Assembly (NCBI GenBank): GCA_964016885.1
Contig: OZ024742.1
Span: 169,074,001 to 169,138,000 of the forward strand
DNA from: Eledone cirrhosa
Lineage: Eukaryota
DNA length: 64,000 bases
Direction: 5' to 3'
This document shows positions 15,001-30,000 of the stretch, piece by piece. Numbering within the stretch: the first letter of the stretch is position 1; the number at the start of each line of letters is the position of its first letter. Both the position numbers and the translations under genes were made by a program. The notes under the pieces were generated by a model. The model searched no databases. It was not told the origin of the DNA and saw nothing but the letters and a program-made list of their open reading frames with translations.

Positions 15001-18000
15001 AATTATCTCCCTTTGGACGGCTGGAAATTATAGCTGCTTGTAGGGCTGGAAATTATATCCCCTTGGACGGCTGGAAATCTTCTCCCCTTGATTTTTTTTG
15101 CTAATTATCTCCCCCTGATTTTCTTTTACAAATTATCTCCGCCTGATTTTTAAAAAAAAATTATCTCCCCTTGGCTGGATGGAAATTTTCTCCCCTTGGA
15201 CGGCTGGAAATTATCTCCCCTTGATGTCTTCTACAAATTATCTACCCCTGATTTTTTTTTACAAATTATCTCTCCCTGATTTTTTTTAAAATTATCTCCC
15301 CTTGGACGGCTGGAAATTATCTCCCCTTGGACGGCTGGAATTATCTCCCCTTGGACGGCTAGAAATTACCTCTCCTTGGACGGCTGAAAATTATCTCCCC
15401 TTGGACGCCTGGAAATGATCTCCCCTTGATTTTTTTACAAATTATCTCCCCCTGATTTTTTTTTACAAATTATCTCCCCCTGATTTTTTTTTACAAATTA
15501 TCTACCCCTGATTTTTTTTTCCAAATTATCTCCCCCTGATTTTTTTTACAAATTATCTCTTCCTGTTTTTTTTTTACAAATTATTTCCCCCTGATTTTTT
15601 TACAAATTATCTCCCCGATTTTTTTTACAAATTATCTTCGCCTGATTTTTTTAAATATTATCTTCCCTTGGCTGGCGGGAAATTATCTCCCCTTGGACGC
15701 CTGGAAATTATCTCCCCTTGGAAGGATGGAAATTATCTCCCCTTGGACGGCTGGAAATTATCTCCCCTTGCACTGCTGGAAATTATCTCCCCTTGGACGG
15801 CTGGAAATTATCTGCCCTTCATTTTGTTTTTACAAATTATCATCCCCTTATTTTTTTTACAAATTATCTCCACCTGATTTTTTAAAAAATTATCTCCCCT
15901 TGGACGGCTGGAAATTATCTCCCCTTGGCTGGAAATTATCTCCCCTTGGACGGCTAGAAATTATCTCTCTTTGGACGGCTGGAAATTATCTCCCCTTGAT
16001 TTTTTTTACAAATTATCTCCCCCTGATTTTTTTTACAAATCTCCCAGTGATTTTTAAAAAAAAATTATCTCCCCTTCGCTGGCTGGAAATTATCTCCCCT
16101 TGGACGCTGGAAATTATAGCCCCTTGGAGGGCTGGAAATTATCTTCCCTTGGACGGCTGGAAATTATCTCCCCTTGATTTTTTTTACAAATTCTCTCCCC
16201 CTGATTTTTTTTTGCAAATTATCTCCCCCTGATTTTTTTTTTACAAATTATCTCCGCCTGATTTTTTTTTTAAAATTATCTCCCCTTGGACGGCTGGAAA
16301 TTATCTCCCCTTGGACGGCTAGAAATTACCTCTCCTTGGACGGCTGAAAATTATCTCCCCATGATTTTTTTTACAAATTATCTCCCCCTGATTTTTTTTT
16401 TTACAAATTATCTCCCCCTGATTTTATTTTACATATTATCTACCCCTGATTTTTTTTTACAAATTATCACCCCCTGATTTTTTTTACAAATTATCTCCCC
16501 CTGATTTTTTTTTTACAAATTATCTCCCCCTGATTTTTTTACAAATTATCTCACCCTGATTTTTTTTACAAATTATCTCCGCCTGATTTTTTTAAATATT
16601 ATCTTCCCTTGGCTGGCGGGAAATAATCTCCCCTTGGACGGCTGGAAATTATCTCCCCTTGCACGGCTGGAAATTATCTCCCCTTGGACGGCTGGAAATT
16701 ATCTGCCCTTGATTTGGTTTTTACAAATTATCTCCCCCTGATTTTTTTTACAAATTATCTCCTTCTGATTTTTGAAAAAATTATCCCCTTGGACGGCTGG
16801 AAATTATCTCCCCTTGGCTGGAAATTATCTCCCCTTGGACGGCTAGAAATTATCTCTCTTTAGAAGGCTGGAAATTATCTCCCCTTGGACGCTGGAAATT
16901 ATAGCCCCTTGGAGGGCTGGAAATTATCTTCCCTTGGACGGCTGGAAATTATCTCCCCTTGATTTTTTTTACAAATTATCTCCCCCTGATTTTTTTTACA
17001 AATTATCTGCCCCTGATTTTTTTTTACAAATTATCTCCCCCTGATTTTTTTTTACAAATTATCTCCCCCTGATTTTTTTTACAACTTATCTCCGCATGAT
17101 TTTTTTTTTTAAATTATCTCCCCTTGGATGGCTGGAAATTATCTCCCCTTGGACGCTGGAAATTATTGCCCCTTGGAGGGCTGGAAATTATCTTCCCTTG
17201 GACGGCTGGAAATTATCTCCCCTTGATTTTTTTTACAAATTATCTCCCCCTGATTTTTTTTTACAAATTATCTCCCCCTGATTTTTTTTACAAATTATCT
17301 CCCCCCTGATTTTTTTTTACAACTTATCTCCGCATGATTTTTTTTTAAAAATTATCTCCCCTTGGACGGCTGGAAATTATCTCCCCTTGGACGGCTGGAA
17401 ATTATCTCTCCTTGGACGGCTAGAAATTACCTCTCCTTGGACGGCTGAAAATTATCTCCCCTTGGACGGCTGGAAATTATCTCCCCTTGATTTTTTTTAC
17501 AAATTATCTCCCCCTGATTTTTTTTTACAAATTATCTCCCCCTGATTTTTTTTACAAATTATCTCCCCCTGATTTTTTTTACAAATTATCTCCCCCTGAT
17601 TTTTTTACAAATTATCTCCCCTTGGCTGGCTGGAAATTATCTCCCCTTTGAGGCTGGAATTTATCTCCCCTTGGACGGCTAGAAATTACCTCTCCTTGGA
17701 CGGCTGGAAAATATGTCTCCTTGGACGGCTGGAAATTATCTCCCCTTGGACGGCTGGAAATTATCTCCCCTTGGACGGCTAGATATTACCTCCCCTTGGA
17801 CGGCTGGAAATTATCTCCCCTTGATTTTTTTTACAAATTATCTCCCCCTGATTTCTTTTTACAAATTATCTGCCCCTGATTTTTTTTACAAATTATCTCC
17901 CCCTGATTTTTTTTTACAAATTATCTCCCCCTGATTTTTTTTACAACTTATCTCCGCATGATTTTTTTTAAAAAATTATCTCCCCTTGGATGGCTGGAAA

Positions 18001-21000
18001 TTATCTCCCCTTGGACGCTGGAAATTATTGCCCCTTGGAGGGCTGGAAATTATCTTCCCTTGGACGGCTGGAAATTATCTCCCCTTGATTTTTTTTACAA
18101 ATTATCTCCTGATTTTTTTTTACAAATTATCTCCCCCTGATTTTTTTTTACAAATTATCTCCCCCCTGATTTTTTTTTACAACTTATCTCCGCATGATTT
18201 TTTTTTAAAAATTATCTCCCCTTGGACGGCTGGAAATTATCTCCCCTTGGACGGCTGGAAATTATCTCTCCTTGGACGGCTAGAAATTACCTCTCCTTGG
18301 ACGGCTGAAAATTATCTCCCCTTGGACGGCTGGAAATTATCTCCCCTTGATTTTTTTTACAAATTATCTCCCCCTGATTTTTTTTTACAAATTATCTCTC
18401 CCTGATTTTTTTTTACAAATTATCTCCCCCTGATTTTTTTTACAAATTATCTCCCCCTGATTTTTTTTACAAATTATCTCCCCTTGGCTGGCTGGAAATT
18501 ATCTCCCCTTGGAGGCTGGAATTTATCTCCCCTTGGACGGCTAGAAATTACCTCTCCTTGGACGGCTGGAAAATATGTCTCCTTGGACGGCTGGAAATTA
18601 TCTCCCCTTGGACGGCTGGAAATTATCTCCCCTTGATTTTTTTTACAAATTATCTCCCCCTGATTTCTTTTTACAAATTATCTCCCCCGGATTTTTTTTT
18701 ACAAATTATCTCCCCCTGATTTTTTTTTACAAATTATCTCCGCCTGATTTTTTTAAAAAAATTATCTCCACTTGGACGGCTGGAAATTATCTCCCCTTGG
18801 ACGGCTGGAAATTATCTCCCCTTGGACGGCTAGAAATTACCTCTCCTTGGACGGCTGAAAATTATCTCCCCTTGGACGGCTGCAAATTATCTCCCCTTGA
18901 TTTTTTTAACAAATTATCTCCCCCTGATTTTTTTTTACAAATTATCTACACCTAATTTTTTTTACAAATTATCTCCCCCTGATTTTTTTTTACAAATTAT
19001 CTCCCCCTGATTTTTTTTTACAAATTATCTCCCCCTGATTTTTTTTTTACAAATTATCTCCCCCTGATTTTTTTACAAATTATCTCCCCCCTAATTTTTT
19101 TTACAATCTCCGCCTGATTTTTTTAAAAATTATCTTCCCTTGGCTGGCGGGAAATTATCTCCCCTTGGACGGCTGGAAATTATATCCCCTTGGAAGGATG
19201 GAAATTATCTCCCCTTGGACGGCTGGAAATTATCTCCCCTTGAACGGCTGGAAATTATCTCCCCTTGGACAGCTGGAAATTATCTGCCCTTGATTTTGTT
19301 TTTACAAATTATCTCCCCCTGATTTTTTTTACAAATTATCTCCACCTGATTTTTTAAAAAATTATCTCCCCTTGGACGGCTGGAAATTATCTCTCCTTGT
19401 CTGGAAATTATCTCCCTTCGGACGGCTAGAAACTATCTCTCTTTGGACGGCTGGAAATTATCTCCCTTTGATTTTTTTTACAAATTATCCCTCTGATTTT
19501 TTTACAAATCTCCCCCTGATTTTTTTTTACAAATTGTCTCCCCCTGATTTTTTTTTTACAAATTGTCTCCCCCTGATTTTTTTTTTACAAATTATCTCCC
19601 CTTGGACGGCTGGAAATTATCTCCCCTTGGACGGCTGGAAATTATCTCCCCTTGGACGGCTAGAAATTACCTCTCCTTGGACGGCTGAAAATTATCTCCC
19701 CTTGGACGGCTGGAAATTATCTCCCCTTGATTTTTTTACAAATTATCTCCCACTGATTCTTTTACAAATCTCCCAGTGATTTTTTTAAAAAAATTATCTC
19801 CCCTTCGCTGGCTGGAAATTATCTCCCCATGGACGCTGGAAATTATAGCCCCTTGGAGGGCTGGAAATTATCTTCCCTTGGACGGCTGGAAATTATCTCC
19901 CCTTGGACGGCTGGAAATTATCTCCCCTTGGACGGCTGGAAATTATCTCTCCTTGGACGGCTAGAAATTACCTCTCCTTGGACGGCTGAAAATTATCTCC
20001 CCTTGGACGGCTGCAAATTATCTCCCCTTGATTTTTTTTACAAATTATCTCCCCCTGATTTTTTTTACAAATTATCTCCCCCTGATTTTTTTTACAAATT
20101 ATCTACCCCTGATTTTTTTTACAAATTATCTCCTTTGATTTTTTTTTACAAATTATCTCCCCCTGATTTTTTTTTACAAATTATCACCCCCTGATTTTTT
20201 TTTTACAAATTACCTCCCCCTGATTGTTTTAATTATTATCTCCCCTTGGACGGCTAGATATTACCTCCCCTTGGACGGCTGGAAATTATCTCCCCTAATT
20301 TTTTTTACAAATTATCTCCCCCTGATTTTTTTTACAAATCTCCCAATGATTTAAAAAAAAAAATTATCTCCCCTTCGCTGGCTGGAAATTATCTCCCCTT
20401 GGACGCTGGAAATTATAGCCCCTTGGAGGGCTGGAAATTATCTTCCCTTGGACGGCTGGAAATTATCTCCCCTTGATTTTTTTTTACAAATTATCTCCCC
20501 GATTTTTTTTTACAAATTATCTCCCCCTGATTTTTTTTTTACAAATTATCTCCGCCTGATTTTTTTTTAAAAATTATCTCCACCTGATTTTTTTTAAAAA
20601 TTATCTCCCCTTGGACGGCTGGAAATTATCTCTCCTTGTCTGGAAATTATCTCCCCTTGGACGGCTAGAAACTATCTCTCTTTTGACGGCTGGAAATTAT
20701 CTCCCTTTGATTTTTTTTACAAATTATCTCCCTCTGATTTTTTTACAAATCTCCCCCTGATTTTTTTTTACAAATTGTCTCCCCCTGATTTTTTTTTTAC
20801 AAATTATCTCCCCTTGGACGGCTGGAAATTATCTTCCCTTGGACGGCTGGAAATTATCTCCCCTTGGACGGCTAGAAATTACCTCTCCTTGGACGGCTGA
20901 AAATTATCTCCCCTTGGACGGCTGGAAATTATCTCCCCTTGATTTTTTTACAAATTATCTCCCCCTGATTTTTTTTTTACAAATTATCTCCCCCTGATTT

Positions 21001-24000
21001 TTTTTACAAATTATCTCCCCCTGATTTTTTTTACAAATTATCTCCCCCTGATTTCTTTTACAAATTATCTCCCCCTGATTTTTTTTTTACAAATTATCTC
21101 CCCCTGATTTTTTTTACAAATTATCTCCCCCGGATTTTTTTTACAAATTATCTCCGCCTGATTGTTTTAATTATTATCTCTCCTTGGTTGGCGGGAAATT
21201 ATCTCCCCTTGGACGGCTGGAAATTATCTCCCCTTGGAAGGATGGAAATTATCTCCCCTTGGACGGCTGGAAATTATCTCCCCTTGCACTGCTGGAAATT
21301 ATCTCCCCTTGGACGGCTAGAAATTATCTCTCTTTGGACGGCTGGAAATTATCTCCCCTTGATTTTTTTTACAAATTACCTCCCCCTGATTTTTTTTACA
21401 AATTATCTCCCCTTGGACGGCTGGAAATTATCTCCCCTTGGACGGCTGGAAATTATCTCCCCTTGGACGGCTGGAAATTATCTCCCCTTGGACGGCTAGA
21501 AATTACCTCTCCTTGGACGGCTGAAAATTATCTCCCCTGATTTTTTTTACAAATTATCTCCCCCTGATTTTTTTTTACAAATTATCTACCACTGATTTTT
21601 TTTACAAATTATCTCCTTCGATTTTTTTTTACAAATTATCTCCCCCTGATTTTTTTTTACAAATTATCACCCCCTGATTTTTTTTTACAAATTATCTCCC
21701 CCTGATTTTTTTTTTACAAATTATCTCCGCCTGATTTTTTTTACAATCTCCGCCTGATTTTTTTAAAAATTATCTTCCCTTGGCTGGCGGGAAATTATCT
21801 CCCCTTGGACGGCTGGAAATTATCTCCCCTTGGAAGGATGGAAATTATCTCCCCTTGGACGGCTGGAAATTATCTCCCCTTGCACGGCTGGAAATTATCT
21901 CCCCTTGGACAGCTGGAAATTATCTGCCCTTGATTTTGTTTTTACAAATTATCTCCCCCTGATTTTTTTATAAATTATCTCCACCTGATTTTTTAAAAAA
22001 TTATCTCCCCTTGGACGGCTGGATATGATCTCGCCTTGGCTGGAAATTATCTCCCCTTGGACGGCTAGAAATTATCTGTCTTTGGACGGCTGGAAATTAT
22101 CTCCCTTTGATTTTTTTTACAAATTATCTCCCTCTGATTTTTTTTACAAATCTCCCCCTGATTTTTTTAAAAAAATTATCTCCCCTTTGCTGGCTGGAAA
22201 TTATCTCCCCTTGGACACTGGAAATTATAGCCCCTTGGAGGGCTGGAAATTATCTTCCCTTGGACGCCTGGAAAAGATCTCCCCTTGATTTTTTTACAAA
22301 TTATCTCCACCTGATTTTTTTTTACAAATTATCTCCCCCTCATTTTTTTTTTACAAATTATCTCCCCCTGATTTTTTTTACAAATTATCTCCCCCTGTTT
22401 TTTTTTTACAAATTATTTCCCCCTGATTTTTTTACAAATTATCTCCCCGATTTTTTTTACAAATTATCTTCGCCTGATTTTTTTAAATATTATCTTCCCT
22501 TGGCTGGCGGGAAATTATCTCCCCTTGGACGCCTGGAAATTATCTCCCCTTGGAAGGATGGAAATTATCTCCCCTTGGACGGCTGGAAATTATCTCCCCT
22601 TGCACTGCTGGAAATTATCTCCCCTTGGACGGCTGGAAATTATCTGCCCTTCATTTTGTTTTTACAAATTATCATCCCCTGATTTTTTTTACAAATTATC
22701 TCCACCTGATTTTTTTAAAAATTATCTCCCCTTGGACGGCTGAAAATTATCTCCCCCTGGCTGGAAATTATCTCCCCTTGGACGGCTAGAAATTATCTCT
22801 CTTTGGACGGCTGGAAATTATCTCCCCTTGATTTTTTTTACAAATTATCTCCACCTGATTTTTTTTACAAATCTCCCAGTGATTTTTAAAAAAAAATTAT
22901 CTCCCCTTCGCTGGCTGGAAATTATCTCCCCTTGGACGCTGGAAATTATAGCCCCTTGGAGGGCTGGAAATTATCTTCCCTTGGACGGCTAGAAATTATC
23001 TCCCCTTGATTTTTTTTACAAATTCTCTCCCCCTGATTTTTTTTTACAAATTATCTCCCTCTGATTTTTTTTTTACAAATTATCTCCGCCTGATTTTTTT
23101 AAAAAAATTATCTCCCCTTGGACGGCTGGAAATTATCTCCCCTTGGACGGCTGGAAATTATCTCCCCTTGGACGGCTAGAAATTACCTCTCCTTGGACGG
23201 CTGAAAATTATCTCCCCTTGATTTTTTTTACAAATTATCTCCCCCTGATTTTTTTTTTACAAATTATCTCCCCCTGATTTTATTTTACATATTATCTACC
23301 CCTGATTTTTTTTTTACAAATTATCACCCCCTGATTTTTTTACAAATTATCTCCCCTTGGCTGGCTGGAAATTATCTCCCCTTGGAGGCTGGAATTTATC
23401 TCCCCTTGGACGGCTGGAAATTATCTCCCCTTGGACGGCTAGAAATTACCTCTCCTTGGACGGCTGGAAATTATCTCCCCTTGAACGGCTGGAAATTATC
23501 TCCCCTTGGACGGCTGGAAATTATCTCCCCTTGGACGGCTGGATATTATCTCCCCTTGGACGGTTAGAAATTACCTCTCCTTGGACGGCTGGAAATTATC
23601 TCCCCTTGGACGGCTGGAAATTATCTCCCCTTGGACGGCTGGAAATTATTTCCCCTTGATTTTTTTACAAATTATCTCCCCCTGATTTTTTTTACAAATC
23701 TCCCCCTAATTTAAAAAAAAATTATCTCCCCTTCGCTGGCTGGAAATTATCTCCCTTTGGACGGCTGGAAATTATAGCTGCTTGTAGGGCTGCAAATTAT
23801 CTCCCCTTGGACGGCTGGAAATCATCTCCCCTTGATTTTTTTTACTAATTATCTCCCCCTGATTTTTTTTTACAAATTATCTCCGCCTGGTTTTTTTTTT
23901 AAAATTATCTCCCCTTGGCTGGATGGAAATTTTCTCCCCTTGGACGGCTGGAAATTATCTCCCCTTGATGTCTTCTACAAATTATCTACCCCTGATTTTT

Positions 24001-27000
24001 TTTTTACAAATTATCTCTCCCTGATTTTTTTTACAAATATCTCCCCTTGGCTGGCTGGAAATTATCTCCCCTTGGCTGGCTGGAAATTATCTCCCCTTGG
24101 ACGGCTGGAAATTATCTCCCCTTGGACGCCTAGAAATTACCTCTCCTTGGACAGCTCTAAATTATCCTCCCTTGGACGGCTGGAAATTATCTCGCCTTGG
24201 ACGGCTGGAAATTATCTCCCCTTGATTTTGTATACAAATTATCTCCCCCTGATATTTTTTTACAAATTATCTGCCCCTGATTTTTTTTTACAAATTATCT
24301 CCGCCTGATTTTTTTTTAAAATTATCTCCCCTTGGACGGCTGGAAATTATCTCCCCTTGGACGGCTGGAAATTATCTCCCCTTGGACGGCTAGAAATTAC
24401 CTCTCCTTGGACGGCTGAAAATTATCTCCCCTTGGACGACTGGAAATTATCTCCCCTTGATTTTTTTACAAATTATCTCCCCCTGATTTTTTTTTTACAA
24501 ATTATCTCCCCCTGATTTTTTTTTACAAATTATCTACCCCTGATTTTTTTTTCCAAATTATCTCCCCCTGATTTTTTTTACAAATTATCCCAATGTTTTT
24601 TTTTTACAAATTATTTCCCCCTGATTTTTTTACAAATTATCTCCCCGATTTTTTTTACAAATTATCTCCGCCTGATTTTTTTAAATATTATCTTCCCTTG
24701 GCTGGCGGGAAATTATCTCCCCTTGGACGCCTGGAAATTATCTCCCCTTGGAAGGATGGAAATTATCTCCCCTTGGACGGCTGGAAATTATCTCCCCTTG
24801 CACTGCTGGAAATTATCTCCCCTTGGACGGCTGGAAATTATCTCCCCCTGATTTTTCTACAAATTATCTCCGCCTGATTTTTTTAAAATTATCTTCCCTT
24901 GGCTGGCGGGAAATTATCTCCCCTTGGACGGCTGGAAATTATCTCCCCTTGGCTGGAAATTATCTCCCCTTGGACGGCTAGAAATTATCTCTCTTTGGAC
25001 GGCTGGAAATTATCTCCCCTTGATTTTTTTTACAAATTATCTCCCCCTGATTTTTTTTACAAATCTCCCAGTGATTTTTTAAAAAAAATTATCTCCCCTT
25101 CGCTGGCTGGAAATTATCTCCCCTTGGACGCTGGAAATTATAGCCCCTTGGAGGGCTGGAAATTATCTTCCCTTGGAGGGCTGGAAATTATCTTCCCTTG
25201 GACGGGTGGAAATTATCTCCCCTTGATTTATTTTACAAATTATCTCCCCCTGATTTTTTTTTTACAAATTATCTCCGACTGATTTTTTTTAAAAATTATC
25301 TACCATTGGACGGCTGGAAATTATCTCCCCTTGGCTGGAAATTATCTCCTCTTGGACGGCTAGAAATTATCTCTCTTTGGACGGCTGGAAATTATATCCC
25401 TTTGATTTTTTTACAAATTATCTCCCTCTGATTTTTTTTACAAATCTCACCCTGATTTTTTAAAAAAAATTATCTCCCCTTCGCTGGCTGGAAATTATCT
25501 CCCCTTGGACACTGGAAATTATAGCCCCTTGGAGGGCTGGAAATTATCTTCTCTTGGACGGCTGGAAATTATCTTCTCTTGGACGGCTGGAAATTATCTC
25601 CCCTTGATTTTTTTACAAATTATCTCCCCCTGATTTTTTTTACAAATTATCTCCCCCTGATTTTTTTTACAAATTATCTCCCCCTGATTTTTTTTACAAA
25701 TTATCTCCCCATGATTTTTTTATAAATTATCTCCCCCTGATTTATTTTACAAATTATCTCCGCCTGATTTTTTAAAAAATTATCTTCCCTTGGCTGGCGG
25801 GAAATTATCTCCCCTTGGACGGCTGGAAATTATCTCCCCTTGAAAGGATGGAAATTATCTCCCCTTGGACGGCTGGAAATTATCTCCCCTTGCACGGCTG
25901 GAAATTATCTCCCCTTGGACGGCTAGAAATTACCTCTCCTTGGACGGCTGAAAATTATCTCCCCTTGGACGGCTGGAAATTATCTCCCCCTGATTTTTTT
26001 TACAAATTATCTCCGCCGGATTTTTTAAAAAATTATCTTCCCTTGGCTGGCGGGAAATTATCTCCCCTTGGACGGCTGGAAATTATCTCCCCTTGGAAGG
26101 ATGGAAATTATCTCCCCTTGGACGGCTGGAAATTATCTCCCCTTGCACGGCTGGAAATTATCTCCCCTTGGACGGCTGGAAATTATCTGCCCTTGATTTT
26201 GTTTTTACAAATTATCTCCCCCTGATTTTTTTTACAAATTATCTCCACCTAATATTTTAAAAAATTATCTCCCCTTGGACGGCTGGAAATTATCTCCTCT
26301 TGGCTGGAAATTATCTCCCCTTGGACGGCTAGAAATTATCTCTCTTTGGACGGCTGGAAATTATCTCCCCTTGATTTTTTTACAAATTATCTCCCCCTGA
26401 TTCTTTTACAAATCTCCCCCTGATTTTTTTTTACAAATTATCTCCCCCTGATTTTTTTTTACAAATTATCTCCGCCTGATTTTTTTTTTAAATTATCTCT
26501 CCTTGGACGGCTAGAAATTATCTCCCCTTGGACGGCTGGAAATTATCTCCCCTTGGACGGCTAGAAATTACCTCTCCTTGGACGGCTGAAAATTATCTCC
26601 CCTTGGACGGTTGGAAATTATCTCCCCCTGATTTTTCTACAAATTATCTCCGCCTGATTTTTTTAAAAATTATCTTCCCTTGGCTGGCGGGAAATTATCT
26701 CCCCTTGGACGGCTGGAAATTATCTGCCCTTGATTTTGTTTTTACATATTATCTCCCCCTGATTTTTTTTTACAAATTATCTCCACCTGATATTTTTAAA
26801 AAATTATCTCACCTTGGACGGCTGGAAATTATCTCCCCTTGGCTGGAACTTATCTCCCCTTGGACGGCTAGAAATTATCTCTCTTTGGACGGCTGGAAAT
26901 TATCTCCCCTTAATTTTTTTTACAAATTATCTCCCCCTGATTTTTTTTTACAAATTATCTCCCCCTGATTTTTTTTAAAATTATCTCCCCTTGGACGGCT

Positions 27001-30000
27001 GGAAATTATCTTCCCTTGGCTGGCGGGAAATTACCTCTCCTTGGACGGCTGAAAATTATCTCCCCTTGGCTGGAAATTATCTCCCCTTGGACGGCTAGAA
27101 ATTATCTCTCTTTGGACGGCTGGAAATTATCTCCCCTTGATTTTTTTTACAAATTATCTCCCCCTGATTTTTTTTACAAATCTCCCAGTGATTTTTTAAA
27201 AAAAATTATCTCCCCTTCGCTGGCTGGAAATTATCTCCCCTTGGACGCTGGAAATTATAGCCCCTTGGAGGGCTGGAAATTATCTTCCCTTGGACGGCTG
27301 GAAATTATCTCCCCTTGATTTTTTTTACAAATTATCTCCCCCTGATCTTTTTTTACAAATTATCTCCCCCTGATTTTTTTTTACAAATTATCTCCCCCTG
27401 ATTTTTTTTTACAACTTATCTCCGCCTGATTTTTTTTTTAAAATTATCTCCCCTTGGACGGCTGGAAATTATCTCCCCTTGGACGGCTGGAAATTATCTC
27501 TCCTTGGACGGCTAGAAATTACCTCTCCTTGGACGGCTGAAAATTATCTCCCCTTGGACGGCTGGAAATTATCTCTCCTTGGACGGCTAGAAATTACCTC
27601 TCCTTGGACGGCTGGAAATTATGTCTCCTTGGACGGCTGGAAATTATCTCCCCTTGGACGGCTGGAAAATATCTCCCCTTGGACGGCTGGAAATTATCTC
27701 CCCTTGGACGGCTAGATATTACCTCTCCTTGGACGGCTGGAAATTATCTGCCCTTGGACGGCTGGAAATTATCTCCCCTTGGACGGCTGGAAATTATCTC
27801 CCCTTGATTTTTTTTACAAATTATCACCCCCTGATTTTTTTTTACAAATTATCTCCCCCTGATTTTTTTTTACAAATTATCGCCCCCTGATTTTTTTTTA
27901 CAAATTATCTTACCCTGATTTTTTTTTTACAAATTATCTCCCTGATTTTTTACAAATTATCTCCTCCTGATTTTTTTACAAATTATCTCCCCCTGATTTT
28001 TTTACAAATTATCTCCGCCTGATTTTTTTTAAAATTATCTTCCCTTGGCTGGCGGGAAATTATCTCCCCTTGGACGGCTGGAAATTATCTCCCCTTGGAA
28101 GGATGGAAATTATCTCCCCTTGGACGGCTGGAAATTATCTCCCCTTGCACGGCTGGAAATTATCTCCCCTTCGACGGCTAGAAATTACCTCTCCTTGGAC
28201 GGCTGAAAAGTATCTTCCCTTGGACGGCTGGAAATTATCTCCCCCTGATTTTTCTACAAATTATCTCCGCCTGATTTTTTTTAAATTATCTTCCCTTGGC
28301 TGGCGGGAAATTATCTCCCCTTGGACGGCTGGAAATTATCTCCCCTTGGCTGGAAATTATCTCCCCTTGGACGGCTAGAAATTATCTCTCTTTGGACGGC
28401 TGGAAATTATCTCCCCTTGATTTTTTTTACAAATTATCTCCCCCTGATTTTTTTTAAAAATCCCCCAGTGATTTTAAAAAAAAAATTATCTCCCCTTCGC
28501 TGGCTGGAAATTATCTCCCCTTGGACGCTGGAAATTATAGCCCCTTGGAGGGCTGGAAATTATCTTCCCTTGGACGGCTGGAAATTATCTCCCCTTGATT
28601 TTTTTTTACAAATTATCTCCCCCTGTTATTTTTTTACAAATTATCTCCCCCTGATTTTTTTTTACAAATTATCTCCCCCTGATTTTTTTTTTACAAATTA
28701 TCTCCGCCTGATTTTTTAAAAAAAATTATCTCCCCTTGGACGGCTGGAAATTATCTCCCCTTGGACGGCTGGAAATTATCTCCCTTTGGACGGCTAGAAA
28801 TTACCTCTCCTTGGACGGCTGAAAATTATCTCCCCTTGGACGGCTGCAAATTATCTCCCCTTGATTTTTTTTACAAATTCTCTCCCCCTGATTTTTTTTA
28901 CAAATTATCTCCCCCTGATTTTTTTTTACAAATTATCTACCCCTGATTTTTTTTACAAATTATCTCCCCCAAATTTTTTTTACAAATTATCTCCCCCAGA
29001 TTTTTTTTTACAAATTATCTCCCCCTGATTTTTTTACAAATTATCTCCCCCTGATATTTTTTACAATCTCCGCCTGATTTTTTAAAAAATTATCTTCCCT
29101 TGGCTGGCGGGAAATTATCTCCCCTTGGACGGCTGGAAATTATCTCCCCTTGGAAGGATGGAAATTATCTCCCCTTGGACGGCTGGAAATTATCTCCCCT
29201 TGCACGGCTGGAAATTATCTCCCCTTGGACAGCTGGACATTTTCTGCCCTTGATTTTGTTTTTACAAATTATCTCCCCCTGATTTTTTTTACAAATTATC
29301 TCCACCTGATTTTTTAAAAAATTATCTCCCCTTGGACGGCTGGAAATTATCTCCCTTTGCCTGGAAATTATCTCCCCTTGGACGGCTAGAAATTATCTCT
29401 CTTTGGACGGCTGGAAATTATCTCCCTTTGATTTTTTTTACAAATTATCTCCCTCTGATTTTTTTTACAAATCTCCCCCTGATTTTTTTTAAAAAATTAT
29501 CTCCCCTTCGCTGGCTGGAAATTATCTCCCCCTGGACACTGGAAATTATAGCCCCTTGGAGGGCTGGAAATTATCTTCTCTTGGACGGCTGGAAATTATC
29601 TCCCCTTGATTTTTTTTACAAATTATCTGCCCCTTATTTTTTTTTACAAATTATCTCCCCCTGATTTTTTACAAATTATCTCCCCCTGATTTTTTTTTAC
29701 AAATTATCTCCCCCTGATTTTTTTTTTACAAATTATCTCCCCATGATTTTTTTATAAATTATCTCCCCCTGATTTTTTTTACAAATTATCTCCGCCTGAT
29801 CTTTTAAAAAATTATCTTCCCTTGGCTGGCGGGAAATTATCTCCCCTTGAACGGCTGGAAATTATCTCCCCTTGAAAGGATGGAAATTATCTCCCCTTGG
29901 ACGGCTGCAAATTATCTCCCCTTGCACGGCTGGAAATTATCTCCCCTTGGACGGCTAGAAATTACCTCTCCTTGGACGGCTGAAAATTATCTCCCCTTGG

